Virus record (IMG/VR): IMGVR_UViG_3300034069_002177
Span: 32,001 to 96,000 of that record
Source: a virus
Taxonomy: Duplodnaviria > Caudoviricetes
Reading direction: 5' to 3' (one strand)
Length of the DNA: 64,000 nt
Of this stretch, positions 40,172 through 48,782 are shown piece by piece; the first letter of the stretch is position 1; each line of letters opens with the position of its first letter. The notes under the pieces are model-generated. The model saw only the letters and a list, made by a program, of their open reading frames with translations. It was not told the DNA's origin and did no database searches. Made by a program: the position numbers and the translations under genes.

Positions 40172-40246
40172 ACCCTTGTAGTTCAGTAGAGATTAGGGCG
40201 CTTGTCGATGAGACAGGAGGCGGTGGTTCAAGTCCACCTGGGGGTA
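40172..40246 (+). ncRNA. atypical tRNA-like element (loop CGATGAG)
   Basis: ACCCTTG/TGGGGGT acceptor, CTTGT/ACAGG stem, canonical T arm; G33. Confidence 0.65.
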
Positions 40247-40363
40247 CGGTTGAGAGACTTTGCAAGGTCTCGATGCAAGTTCGGCGGGAATTGAACCCGT
40301 GCGGGGCGCAAGCTACGGTTGTCGTATGAGGAAGCTTACTCAGATAGTCTTCGCGTAGCACAT

Positions 40364-40436
<73 letters not shown>

Positions 40437-40517
40437 CAAACGGTGAGAGCCACTGGTTCTTAGCCGTCTTATCTCTACATCAACATCCAATCTATAGATA
40501 CGGCGTTGCTGTAGGGT

Positions 40518-40591
40518 TCCCTGTTGCGACTAATGGAATATGTCGTCTTCACAAGAACGAAGAGATGCCAGTTCGACTCTGGTACGGGGAG
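40518..40591 (+). ncRNA. atypical tRNA-like element with 8-nt anticodon loop
   Basis: TCCCTGT/ACGGGGA acceptor, CGAC/GTCG D stem, TCTTC-ACAAGAAC-GAAGA, GCCAG-TTCGACT-CTGGT. Confidence 0.7.
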
Positions 40592-40772
40592 CTTAGTGGT
40601 ACCGGCACAGGGTGTACAACCATCGTCGGTGCGGTCGGGAGTGATATCCCCTGACCAGTCGTGCTTGGAAGGCTGCGTAATGTAGTACGGGGTTCGATCC
40701 CCGTCATGAGCCACTTATACTTCTTCAAGGGTTGACCGGAATCAAGATGCCGTGATACCATTGAAGGCATAA

Positions 40773-40847
40773 TGCGGGGTAGGGCAGTTCGGTAGCCCGC
40801 CAGGCTCATAATCTGGAAGTCGCGTGGTTCAAATCCCGCCCCCGCAA
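40773..40847 (+). tRNA. tRNA-Met(CAT), initiator-like body
   Basis: TGCGGGG acceptor, loop CTCATAA; bulged T stem; lacks the three G-C anticodon pairs. Confidence 0.8.
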
Positions 40848-41069
40848 CGTTACAACGAAGATACAAACATCGAAGGGTTCTTGTATCGGGATTACTAGAA
40901 AGCGCAACCTGCGTGTAACTGGGTTGTGTTAGGTGGGGACCGTAAGGTTCGTGCCGACACCGGCAAGAGAACGAGACCTAGCGTGAGAGCGAGAGGTCAG
41001 GTGAATTGGTACTTCGTACCGCGAGAAGCCCGAGCTTAGATGCACACGTTCCACTTGCCGGTTTTGTTT

Positions 41070-41142
41070 GGGTCGTTAGCTCATCTGGTAGAGCGCTGCT
41101 TTTGCAAGGCAGAGGTGAGGGGTTCAAGTCCCCTACGATCCA
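41070..41142 (+). tRNA. tRNA-Ala(TGC)
   Basis: Near-identical to 37470..37542; G3:U70. Confidence 0.93.
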
Positions 41143-41242
41143 CGCTTCCTCTCCAATCACCATTCTCGGCTCATTACCTTGGATGGCGGAGAGCCCCCAC
41201 TTCGATACCGGTTACGGGGTGGGGGATAGAAGCAACCAATAT

Positions 41243-41316
41243 AGGGGTATAGCTCAGATGGTTAGAGCGCTTCGCTGATAACGAAGAGGTCTTCGGTTCA
41301 ATTCCGAATATCCCTA
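41243..41316 (+). tRNA. tRNA-Ile(GAT)
   Basis: Cloverleaf, loop CTGATAA. Confidence 0.92.
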
Positions 41317-41346
41317 CTGCTCATTGTCACTTCTAGAATCTGGCGG

Positions 41347-41376
41347 TTGACAAAGAGTTACGACACACGATAAAGT
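41347..41376 (+). promoter_or_regulatory. SigA-type promoter
   Basis: TTGACA-N18-TAAAGT. Confidence 0.7.
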
Positions 41377-41424
41377 GGTGGTCGCGGTAAACAGTCCGCA
41401 CAGGCTCTCAACATTGAGGGTTCT

Positions 41425-41499
41425 GGCGCATTAGCACAATTGGTTAGTTGCATCGCCCTTTCACGGCGAAGGTTACGGGTTCAAGTCCCGTATGCGTCA
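41425..41499 (+). tRNA. tRNA-Glu(TTC)
   Basis: Cloverleaf, loop CTTTCAC. Confidence 0.9.
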
Positions 41500-41500
41500 C

Positions 41501-41577
<77 letters not shown>

Positions 41578-41602
41578 CTTCCAAACCAATATCAGTTTGG
41601 AC

Positions 41603-41632
41603 TTGACATCTACACAAAGTTGTTGCTAAGGT
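41603..41632 (+). promoter_or_regulatory. SigA-type promoter
   Basis: TTGACA-N18-TAAGGT. Confidence 0.7.
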
Positions 41633-41701
41633 TGTTCTATAAGCAAGAAAGAACAACACTTGGTAACTCCATAGAGAAAGAAATGCCGCGCAAGCGGTTT
41701 T

Positions 41702-41774
41702 GGCTGTATAGCTCAGGGGTGAGAGCACTTCGCTGATAACGAAGGGGTCGGTGGTTCGATTCCACCTACAGCCA
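41702..41774 (+). tRNA. tRNA-Ile(GAT)
   Basis: Cloverleaf, loop CTGATAA. Confidence 0.92.
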
Positions 41775-41973
41775 CTCGGAACACAACAACTCGCATACCT
41801 GCCGGACCAATCATCTGAGCAGCGCGGGGCGGAATGTTCGTCTCGAAAGAGAAATCGGCGGTATCTAGCGGTCCTTGGTTGCAAGGGTGCCGCAAGATGG
41901 ATGAGTACCGAGCGTTAACCTCATCAGATGATACGAAGCGAGATTGATTACCAAGCTTCTAAGTCGTCAACAT

Positions 41974-42046
41974 GCCCCTTTAGCTCAGTTGGTAGAGCGC
42001 TACGTTTACACCGTAGATGTCATCGGTTCGAGCCCGGTAGGGGGCA
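41974..42046 (+). tRNA. tRNA-Val(TAC)
   Basis: Cloverleaf, loop TTTACAC. Confidence 0.92.
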
Positions 42047-42252
42047 CTGCACCAAGCGGTTATGCATGACTGACTATGGTGCTTGACACATACCAAGTGT
42101 CTAGGCGGGGTTCCTGAATGTGACCTAGTTGTCGGTTGGCTCCAAACCGTCCCTTATGGACTACGAGGTTACCGCGTGTCCCGTTTAGCGTTCTTGCGTG
42201 AAGAGCGTTGTGGGTGTCCGTCTCAGTGGTACGAGACGTAATCCCACAGAAT

Positions 42253-42325
42253 GCGCCCGTAGCTCAGGGGATAGAGCGGTTGACTACGGATCAACAGGTC
42301 GGGGGTTCGATTCCCTTCGGGCGCA
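42253..42325 (+). tRNA. tRNA-Arg(ACG)
   Basis: Cloverleaf, loop CTACGGA. Confidence 0.93.
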
Positions 42326-42340
42326 CGCAACACAAAGATT

Positions 42341-42581
42341 TTCAACCAACTGGACTGTCGCGGGCGAAAGCTTGAGGAAAGTCCGGGCACTTGACCAACT
42401 ACCGTGTGGTAGATGAACTCCGCGTTCATCGCTCAAGAACCACTAAGCCCAACCTAAAAAGCAGGGTGCAGGATGTGTGCAACGCCAAACAGTCTGAGGG
42501 AGTTGGTCTCCTGTGAAAGACGGGTAGGCGGCTGAGACAGATGACAGTCTAAAACAGAACCCGGCTTACGGGTTGGTTGAA
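42341..42581 (+). ncRNA. rnpB: compact RNase P RNA (~240 nt, no P18, reduced S-domain)
   Basis: P1 TTCAACCAAC/GTTGGTTGAA, P2 GACTGTC/GACAGTC, CR-I GAGGAAAGTCCGGGC, GGGTAGGCGGCT, CR-V AAACAGAACCCGGCTTA. Confidence 0.92.
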
Positions 42582-42586
42582 TTAAT

Positions 42587-42670
42587 GCCCGCATGGCGAA
42601 ATTGGCAGCCGCGTTGCGTTCAGAGCGCAATGACCGAATGGTCGTCCGAGTTCAAGTCTCGGTGTGGGCA
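42587..42670 (+). tRNA. tRNA-Leu(CAG)
   Basis: Class II, loop TTCAGAG. Confidence 0.9.
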
Positions 42671-42761
42671 CTGCTGACCTAGGTCAGCCACTAATGAAAG
42701 GCTACACGAAATGATGGACTCCACCTAACCCTCCTTTGTTGACTATACAAAGGAGGTGAAA

Positions 42762-42941
42762 ATGAGAAAATTCACATACACAGACACCCGCGACTGGAAG
42801 GTCGCTGATGTCGATGGCAAGGCTATGACCTTGCTCGTGACGGATGCAAAGGGCAACAAAAGGAACGTCGAAAAGTTCGACGGCTTCCGCTCTGCATCCA
42901 GAGCAGCCAAGAAGCTTGGTGGTTTCGCCGTTAGGGCGTAA
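42762..42941 (+). CDS. 59-aa basic protein with hairpin-sequestered RBS
   Basis: AAAGGAGGTG RBS; genome-typical codons. Confidence 0.75.
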   Translation: MRKFTYTDTRDWKVADVDGKAMTLLVTDAKGNKRNVEKFDGFRSASRAAKKLGGFAVRA

Positions 42942-43057
42942 CTAGGCTTTCAGATTTCTCCGGTGTGCGGAGAATGAAATACCCAGTCGTGGACCTTGCA
43001 GAAACGAAGCGGCTGGCGAGTGGTAGGCATGTACTGCACTGTCCTACCACTCAAAAT

Positions 43058-43130
43058 GGCTCTGTAGCTCAGTTGGTAGAGCGTTCGACTGAAAATCGAA
43101 AGGTCACCGGATCGATGCCGGTCGGAGCCA
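43058..43130 (+). tRNA. tRNA-Phe(GAA)
   Basis: Loop CTGAAAA; actinobacterial ATCGATG T loop. Confidence 0.93.
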
Positions 43131-43280
43131 CGACCGATTCCATACAGTTTTTGCGGACTGCGATGGATCTCACTACTAGCCACGGGTACTTCGTTGCGTG
43201 CTGAGTAGGACATGAGGATTGGTGCCTCATCAATGAATAGACTGGTTGGGATACCGCAAAATTTCCAACTGGTCGCACTA

Positions 43281-43354
43281 GCCTCGCTAGCTCAATATGG
43301 CAGAGCATCAGACTTTTAATCTGCGGGTTCTCGGTTCAAGTCCGAGGCGGGGCA
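43281..43354 (+). tRNA. tRNA-Lys(TTT)
   Basis: Cloverleaf, loop CTTTTAA. Confidence 0.92.
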
Positions 43355-43379
43355 CACATCATTGGGATTCCAATGACTA

Positions 43380-43463
43380 GATAGTAGTGATGTAATTGGC
43401 AGCACGTCCGCCTTGTGTACAGAGGGCTAACGGAAGGAATCGACTCGAAATCGTTCTACTATC
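43380..43463 (+). ncRNA. tRNA-like element with extended anticodon hairpin
   Basis: GATAGTAG/CTACTATC 8-bp acceptor, Gln-type D arm TGTAATTGGCAGCAC, TCCG/CGGA enclosing a further hairpin, CTCGAAA T loop. Confidence 0.6.
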
Positions 43464-43590
43464 GAAAACCGTGGCGTATGGTTTATTACGCAGTCACCGA
43501 AACATGGCGTAGGCGAAGCGCCCTAGAAGTTGGATTAGGTGAAAGGTGTCGGAAGCTCCCTCAGCAGGAGCCTAGTCTTGGTCACCATAT

Positions 43591-43663
43591 TCCTCTATAG
43601 CTCAATTGGCAGAGCAGTCGGCTGTTAACCGACAGGTTCGTGGTTCGAATCCACGTGGGGGAG
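43591..43663 (+). tRNA. tRNA-Asn(GTT)
   Basis: Cloverleaf, loop CTGTTAA. Confidence 0.93.
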
Positions 43664-43786
43664 CAATGCGAGTATCCGGTACGCAAGGTTGCAACGCTCG
43701 CAGAAGTCCTAACTTTCCCACAGCAGTCCGTGAGGGAAGTCAAGCAACGGAAATGAGAAATCATAGGGTTGGCGGTTAGGCAACAT

Positions 43787-43858
43787 GGCGATGTGGTGTG
43801 AGTGGTTAGCCGTTTCTCTGCAAAAGAAAATATGCCGGTTCGATTCCGGTCGTCGCCT
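43787..43858 (+). tRNA. tRNA-Cys(GCA)
   Basis: Loop CTGCAAA, U73. Confidence 0.88.
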
Positions 43859-43914
43859 CAATGCTCGATTTGACTTTCACCGGTCAGTCGTTCTACCATG
43901 TTCTATATGAACAT

Positions 43915-43989
43915 GGGGTGATAGCCAAGCTGGTTAAGGCACCGAACTCATAATTCGACGATTCGTGGGTTCAAGTCCCACTCACCCCA
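43915..43989 (+). tRNA. tRNA(CAT), Ile2 or elongator Met
   Basis: GGGGTGA/TCACCCC acceptor, loop CTCATAA. Confidence 0.88.
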
Positions 43990-44163
43990 CTCAACTTCAT
44001 CACTACTCCGATGAGGTAGGGTTCCGATAAGCACCATGTGTGCTAAGATTGGGGCTCGCAGAACCACCCGGTTCTGTTGTGTGCTGGATTCCGTGTTGTG
44101 CGCACGACGTGGAATTCATCGGTCGAAGTCCGACGTATGTAACCGACGAAACAGGTGCTACAT

Positions 44164-44236
44164 GCCCGTATAGCTCAGTTGGTAGAGCGCCAGCATGACT
44201 CGCTGGATGTCGGGGGTTCAAATCCCTCTACGAGCA
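44164..44236 (+). tRNA. tRNA-Val(GAC)
   Basis: Loop ATGACTC (pyrimidine at 37); one acceptor mismatch. Confidence 0.8.
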
Positions 44237-44257
44237 CTGCTTCTTGACACGAAGCTA

Positions 44258-44500
44258 TTCCTGAGAAATCGGGATGTTCCGCCCTGACCTTCGCATTGTG
44301 AAGTTCCTTACCTCGGTTTGGATGAACCACTGCGACCCTTGGAGCCACCAAGTCCCTACTCCGGTAGGGATGAACCACCACGACCTTCGCGTCCACAATA
44401 TCCTCGCCTCGGCTTGGATGATCCTCCCCAACCTTCAGATTCATCACTTCCTCGCTCCGGCTTGGATGAACCGCGATGACCTCTACCGTGGGTACACTTT
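44258..44500 (-). repeat. five tandem 48-bp repeats encoding a 16-aa (K/R)V-x3-HP-x-R unit on the minus strand
   Basis: GGATG at 44272, 44320, 44368, 44416, 44464 (exact 48-nt period); synonymous variation in the minus frame. Confidence 0.8.
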
Positions 44501-44528
44501 CGTTTCGACGGGAATTATGGAAATGGAC

Positions 44529-44558
44529 TTGACAGAGTATGGTCTGGTACTGTAAAGT
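44529..44558 (+). promoter_or_regulatory. SigA-type promoter
   Basis: TTGACA-N18-TAAAGT. Confidence 0.7.
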
Positions 44559-44626
44559 GGTAAACGTCTTGTGAGAGCAAGACTTCGGAACTTCACAACA
44601 CAATAGCGTTTAGTAAGAAAGATTTT

Positions 44627-44700
44627 GCTTCTGTAGCTCAGATGGTTAGAGCGCCGCCCTGTCACGGCGGAGGTCGCCGGTTCAAGTCCGGTCAGGGGCG
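44627..44700 (+). tRNA. tRNA-Asp(GTC)
   Basis: Body identical to 33719 copy, different acceptor. Confidence 0.92.
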
Positions 44701-44947
44701 CTATCAAAGGAACCGCGTTAGCGGGTTGCCTGCGATACAGCAAGACACCAGATACCGTCAAATATCTGGTACCCACACTTCTACCGTCGATGCGGTAGGT
44801 TCCGTTGACACGGAAGGATCGTTTCAAGTGAAGGTCTTGTACTTTGTTGGGCGTCGTCCTCCGGGACTGGCGCAGCCGATGGGTTCGGTTCCGTGACTCA
44901 TCTCCCTTTTATGCCGAGTGGTTGCAAACGCGAGGAAACGGAAATAT

Positions 44948-45020
44948 GGGGTCTTAACTCAGTTGGTAGAGTGCCTGCTTTGCAAGCAGGATGTCAGGAG
45001 TTCGATTCTCCTAGACTCCA
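44948..45020 (+). tRNA. tRNA-Ala(TGC)
   Basis: G3:U70, loop TTTGCAA. Confidence 0.92.
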
Positions 45021-45160
45021 CGTTGGTAGACGAAAGTCTTACCTTGGTAGATGAACACCTACCCTGCTCCAGTAATGGACAGGCTCCGAAGCAGAGATTC
45101 GGAATCCTACGTAAGACTGCTAGCGTCGCACATAGGAATATCGAGTCAAGTGTTCAACAT

Positions 45161-45231
45161 GGATTTTAGCTCAGTTGGTAGAGCACCTGCTTTCAAGCAG
45201 AATTTCGGGAGTTCGATTCCCCCATAATCCG
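45161..45231 (+). pseudogene. degenerate tRNA (Ala-like, 6-nt loop TTTCAA)
   Basis: Canonical D arm, CTGC/GCAG stem, mismatched T stem and shortened acceptor. Confidence 0.6.
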
Positions 45232-45375
45232 CGAACAAGAAGCTGTTGAAGTTTAGGGATTAACTACCCGAGTGCAGATACGTGTGTGTACTGTTTATAC
45301 CCTAGTCGCCGGTTAGGATGATGACTGCTTGGTAGTTCTTGCAGTGATTGTTCATGAATACGAGCTAGGCTCTGT

Positions 45376-45446
45376 GGGGATGTAGCTTAATGGTAAAGCC
45401 TTAGTCTTCCAAACTAATGACGCGGGTTCGATTCCCGTCATCCCCT
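45376..45446 (+). tRNA. tRNA-Gly(TCC)
   Basis: Loop CTTCCAA, U73. Confidence 0.93.
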
Positions 45447-45709
45447 CTGTGGCATCATCGAAATTACGGTGAAGGCTTCCTAACGCCTCTGTGTGAATCG
45501 CAGTGAAAAGTTAGGACTCTGCCGGAGTAGAGTGGTTGCATAGACTAAACCGGAAACAGGGCTTGCGGACCTGGGCGTGATACGGGATTCGGCTATCACA
45601 GACCTCTTTATGAGGCATATGGATGAAAGTTCCACAGTGAAGCATTTAGGAAATTCGAAGAATCCAAACGCGTTGGATGAAATCGTATAGACTAAGTGCA
45701 TCACGACAT

Positions 45710-45781
45710 GCGGATGTGGCGCAGTGGTAGCGCATAACCTTGCCAAGGTTAGGGTCGCGAGTTCGAATCTCGTCATCCGCT
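45710..45781 (+). tRNA. tRNA-Gly(GCC)
   Basis: Loop TTGCCAA. Confidence 0.94.
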
Positions 45782-45949
45782 CGTAAGCAGCATTTGACTG
45801 CTAGGGCTTCTAGGATATCCATTGGGTATCCTTTTAGTCGAGATCCCGTCCAACCGCAAGGTTGGCGTAAGCGGTCGTTCAAATACACCTTCTCTAACTC
45901 CGGTTGGCATCGAAAGATGCGTTCTTGGGAAGCGTGTTAAACCGGATAT

Positions 45950-46021
45950 GCGGTCATAGCCTACGGGTATGGCAACTTGGCTTCCAGCCAAGAGTTGATG
46001 GTTCAAGTCCATCTGACCGCT
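45950..46021 (+). tRNA. tRNA-Gly(TCC)
   Basis: Loop CTTCCAG. Confidence 0.88.
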
Positions 46022-46344
46022 CAAAGCCATCCAGAAGGCGGTATAAGCGAGTAACTAACGCCGATACCATCCGATGCTGGCTCATCCTTAGAATGGAACG
46101 TGGCGCTTGTGAGACTGTAGTGGTCAAGCACGTGTTACCGGAAATTCTCAGGCTCTGATTCTCGACTAGTAATCGGGAAGCGGGTTTGCTTCACCCGCCC
46201 TAGCTGCGACGAGTAGTGGCGAAGGAATAAGCACCTCAGCAATGCGAGGCTAAGCGTTGCCACTATTGGGTCACTGTTTACTAGACAAACCCTTTAGGAT
46301 TCGGTAAGCTAGAGACTAAGAAGCTTCCTAGCTTCCGAATACAT

Positions 46345-46439
46345 GGGACTGTAGCTCAAAAGTCACCCTCAAGGTGGCGGGTAGAGCAAGGAGCGGCGCG
46401 CGTTCCAGAAGGTTATCGGTTCGATCCCGATCAGTTCCA
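46345..46439 (+). ncRNA. Ala-identity tRNA-like element with hairpin inserted in the D loop and no anticodon loop consensus
   Basis: GGGACTG/CAGTTCC (G3:U70), A73; GTCACC/GGTGGC inside D loop; GGAGCG-GCGCG-CGTTCC; canonical T arm. Confidence 0.7.
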
Positions 46440-46481
46440 CGGTCTTCTAGTCGTCCTTCGGGATGGCTAGAACTCCACCAT

Positions 46482-46556
46482 GCGAAAGTAACTCAGCGGT
46501 AGAGTTCCTCGTTGCCAACGAGGTTGTCGCGGGTTCGATCCCCGTCTTTCGCTCCA
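46482..46556 (+). tRNA. tRNA-Gly(GCC), CCA encoded
   Basis: Loop TTGCCAA. Confidence 0.93.
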
Positions 46557-46641
46557 AGGTAGGAATTTGTCAAACGCAGCCCGGTGCCCTGACGACATCG
46601 ATGCTGTAGGGGTTCCTGCCTGTAACTTATTTTCATGATTT

Positions 46642-46714
46642 GCCCTCGTAGCTCAGGGGATAGAGCAGGAGCCTTCTAATCTCTTGGTCGCAGGTTCGAA
46701 TCCTGCCGAGGGCA
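46642..46714 (+). tRNA. tRNA-Arg(TCT)
   Basis: Loop CTTCTAA. Confidence 0.92.
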
Positions 46715-46815
46715 CAACGGTCGTCAATGGGCGTACACGACCGGGTTTACTTGGCGTCCAAAACAGGCGGCTTCCTATGAGTGTATGGAGGCTGATCCTC
46801 GACTCGACACTCACT

Positions 46816-46888
46816 GCGTTTGTAGCTCAGTGGATAGAGCAGTTGACTACGGATCAACAGGTCGGGGGTTCGAATCCCTCCAGGCGCA
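46816..46888 (+). tRNA. tRNA-Arg(ACG)
   Basis: Loop CTACGGA. Confidence 0.93.
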
Positions 46889-46947
46889 CAGATTTGCATG
46901 GTAGCTGTCTAGCTGCTATGCTTTTCACGAGGGTAAAACCTTGAAAT

Positions 46948-47020
46948 GCCGACTTGGCGCAATTGGTAGCGCAACTGTCTTGTAAACAGTAGGTTGCGGG
47001 TTCAAGTCCCGCAGTTGGCT
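46948..47020 (+). tRNA. tRNA-Thr(TGT)
   Basis: Loop CTTGTAA. Confidence 0.93.
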
Positions 47021-47036
47021 CTCCGAAGGGATAATT

Positions 47037-47399
47037 ATGTACGACTTGTCATTCTCTGAATTTGACGACGAACCTCGCGCCCTCCCCATCGATGTAGCGC
47101 GTAATCGCATCGAGCCGTTGTTCCCGAATTTGAAGTTCACAAGTGCTGGCGGGTCAGTTCCCTTCCAAGCCGAGGGCTACTACATGGGTATCGCGGACTT
47201 TTACTTTCGGTTCCGACATGACTCGGCTAGTCTCACGATTGGTCGTCCTGGTCGGCACACCCCCGAAAATGATTTCGTCATCTACAAAGATGACGTGACT
47301 GGCGAGGATTACGCGGGAACGCTCGACGATGATGAATTTGTAGCGTTGTTCACGGAACTCATGGAGCGTATGCTTGCAGAGAAACCACTTCCTCGCTAA
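47037..47399 (+). CDS. hypothetical protein inside tRNA array
   Basis: 120 aa, RBS GAAGGG; PFQAEG...FYFRFRHD motif. Confidence 0.7.
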   Translation: MYDLSFSEFDDEPRALPIDVARNRIEPLFPNLKFTSAGGSVPFQAEGYYMGIADFYFRFRHDSASLTIGRPGRHTPENDFVIYKDDVTGEDYAGTLDDDEFVALFTELMERMLAEKPLPR

Positions 47400-47448
47400 G
47401 AAATAGACTGGTGATGGTCAGGTCAGAAATGAAGCAGCCATCATCTTT

Positions 47449-47521
47449 GCCCTTGTAGTTCAGCGGATAGAGCGTCATCTTCCGAAGGTGAATGTCGCTG
47501 GTTCGAATCCAGTCAAGGGCA
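47449..47521 (+). tRNA. tRNA-Arg(CCG)
   Basis: Loop TTCCGAA. Confidence 0.9.
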
Positions 47522-47619
47522 CAAGCAACACGAAGTGGCGATGGCAGGGTAAGTTGCAACGACTGTCACGCTCCCTATGCATGGGGTTGTGTTGTGAGGT
47601 GAAGGGAAATCACCAAATT

Positions 47620-47691
47620 CGTACTGGTCGTTCAAGTCAGGACTGCTTGTTAAAAGTGAGATGGGGGTATCGAATCCTTCCTAGTACGCCA
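47620..47691 (+). pseudogene. degenerate tRNA-like element ending in CCA
   Basis: CGTACTGG/CTAGTACG acceptor plus CCA, GTTC/GGAC D stem, irregular anticodon and T arms. Confidence 0.5.
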
Positions 47692-47757
47692 AACTTCTTG
47701 TAACACGACCGGGTTCAGCCCAGTCGTGTGATATAGCCAGACACCGATGGTGTTTAT

Positions 47758-47829
47758 GCCACTTTAGCTCAGGGGTAGAGCAAACGCTTCGTAAGCGTTA
47801 GGTCGTCAGTTCAAATCTGACAAGTGGCT
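47758..47829 (+). tRNA. tRNA-Thr(CGT)
   Basis: Loop TTCGTAA. Confidence 0.93.
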
Positions 47830-48089
47830 CGGAATCGGGAACAAGGTCTCTCGGTAACGGACAGGTACAAAACGAGAACCCAGTGCACATGGACTCGCAC
47901 AAAATCCTGTTACCGTTTCGGTGTCCGTCTTCTTACGTTTTCGGGCACCGAACATTCTTCGAGGTTCAGCACTCGACGTATTTCATCTCAGGATACGGTA
48001 CGATACCAAAGGCTGGTCGGAGGTACACCGAAGGTAATCTGTTAGTGCAGATGATCAACCATGCACAGCGCGGAGTGATTCGCGTTTGT

Positions 48090-48161
<72 letters not shown>

Positions 48162-48197
48162 CGTAAAGACTGCTACGGTAGTTATTCACGAAAATAT

Positions 48198-48273
48198 GGG
48201 TTCTTAGCTCAGTTGGTAGAGCATCACGCTGGCAGCGTGAGGGTCAGGGGTTCGAATCCCCTAGGATCCACCA
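48198..48273 (+). tRNA. tRNA-Ala(GGC), CCA encoded
   Basis: G3:U70, loop CTGGCAG. Confidence 0.92.
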
Positions 48274-48302
48274 TATAGACACCTTGACGAAACGGACCAA
48301 AG

Positions 48303-48776
48303 TTGACCGAGCTAGTAATCGCTCCAATGAATGTCGAAGATATTCAGTCCGTTATCGACCATGTAACCAATGTATCCCTAGCTTCGTCGCATCTCGACCA
48401 CCCCAATATCGGTGCATGGCTTGAAGGTGAATACAATCCTGCTGATGTACTCGCAAAGCTTGATTCGAGCATCTGTCTCATTGTGAGAGATAACGAGCAC
48501 ATTGTCGGTACCGGATTCATCGATACGACAACTGGCTACATTTCGGGTGTCTATGTCTCCAATAAGGGACACGGTACTGGTCGTTTGATTGTCGATAGGT
48601 TGCTTGAAGAAGCAGCAGCAGAGGCTGGTACGAAACACTTCACTGCGAGTGTTCATCCTGACTCGAAAGCCATGCAGCACATTCTTTCAACGTCTGGTTT
48701 CACGGCAACGCATGTGGACCCTCACGTTGTTTACTATGTTGGTACCGACTTCATGATTTGGGAAAAGTCGGTATAG
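48303..48776 (+). CDS. GNAT-family acetyltransferase
   Basis: ISGVYVS..GHGTGRLIV acetyl-CoA loop; ..HIL..SGF motif. Confidence 0.8.
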   Translation: MTELVIAPMNVEDIQSVIDHVTNVSLASSHLDHPNIGAWLEGEYNPADVLAKLDSSICLIVRDNEHIVGTGFIDTTTGYISGVYVSNKGHGTGRLIVDRLLEEAAAEAGTKHFTASVHPDSKAMQHILSTSGFTATHVDPHVVYYVGTDFMIWEKSV

Positions 48777-48782
48777 CAACAC

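Noticed and set aside
42690-42720. Hammerhead ribozyme (CTAATGA...GAAA); also CTGACGA near 46590
   Set aside because: Core G5 is absent in the first, no downstream GAAA in the second, and the required stems are not found
44258-44500. CRISPR array
   Set aside because: The would-be spacers resemble each other, the period is an exact multiple of 3 with synonymous variation, and no cas genes are present
44274-44555. Plus-strand 93-aa ORF over the 48-bp repeats
   Set aside because: Repeat variation is non-synonymous in this frame but synonymous on the minus strand; no RBS
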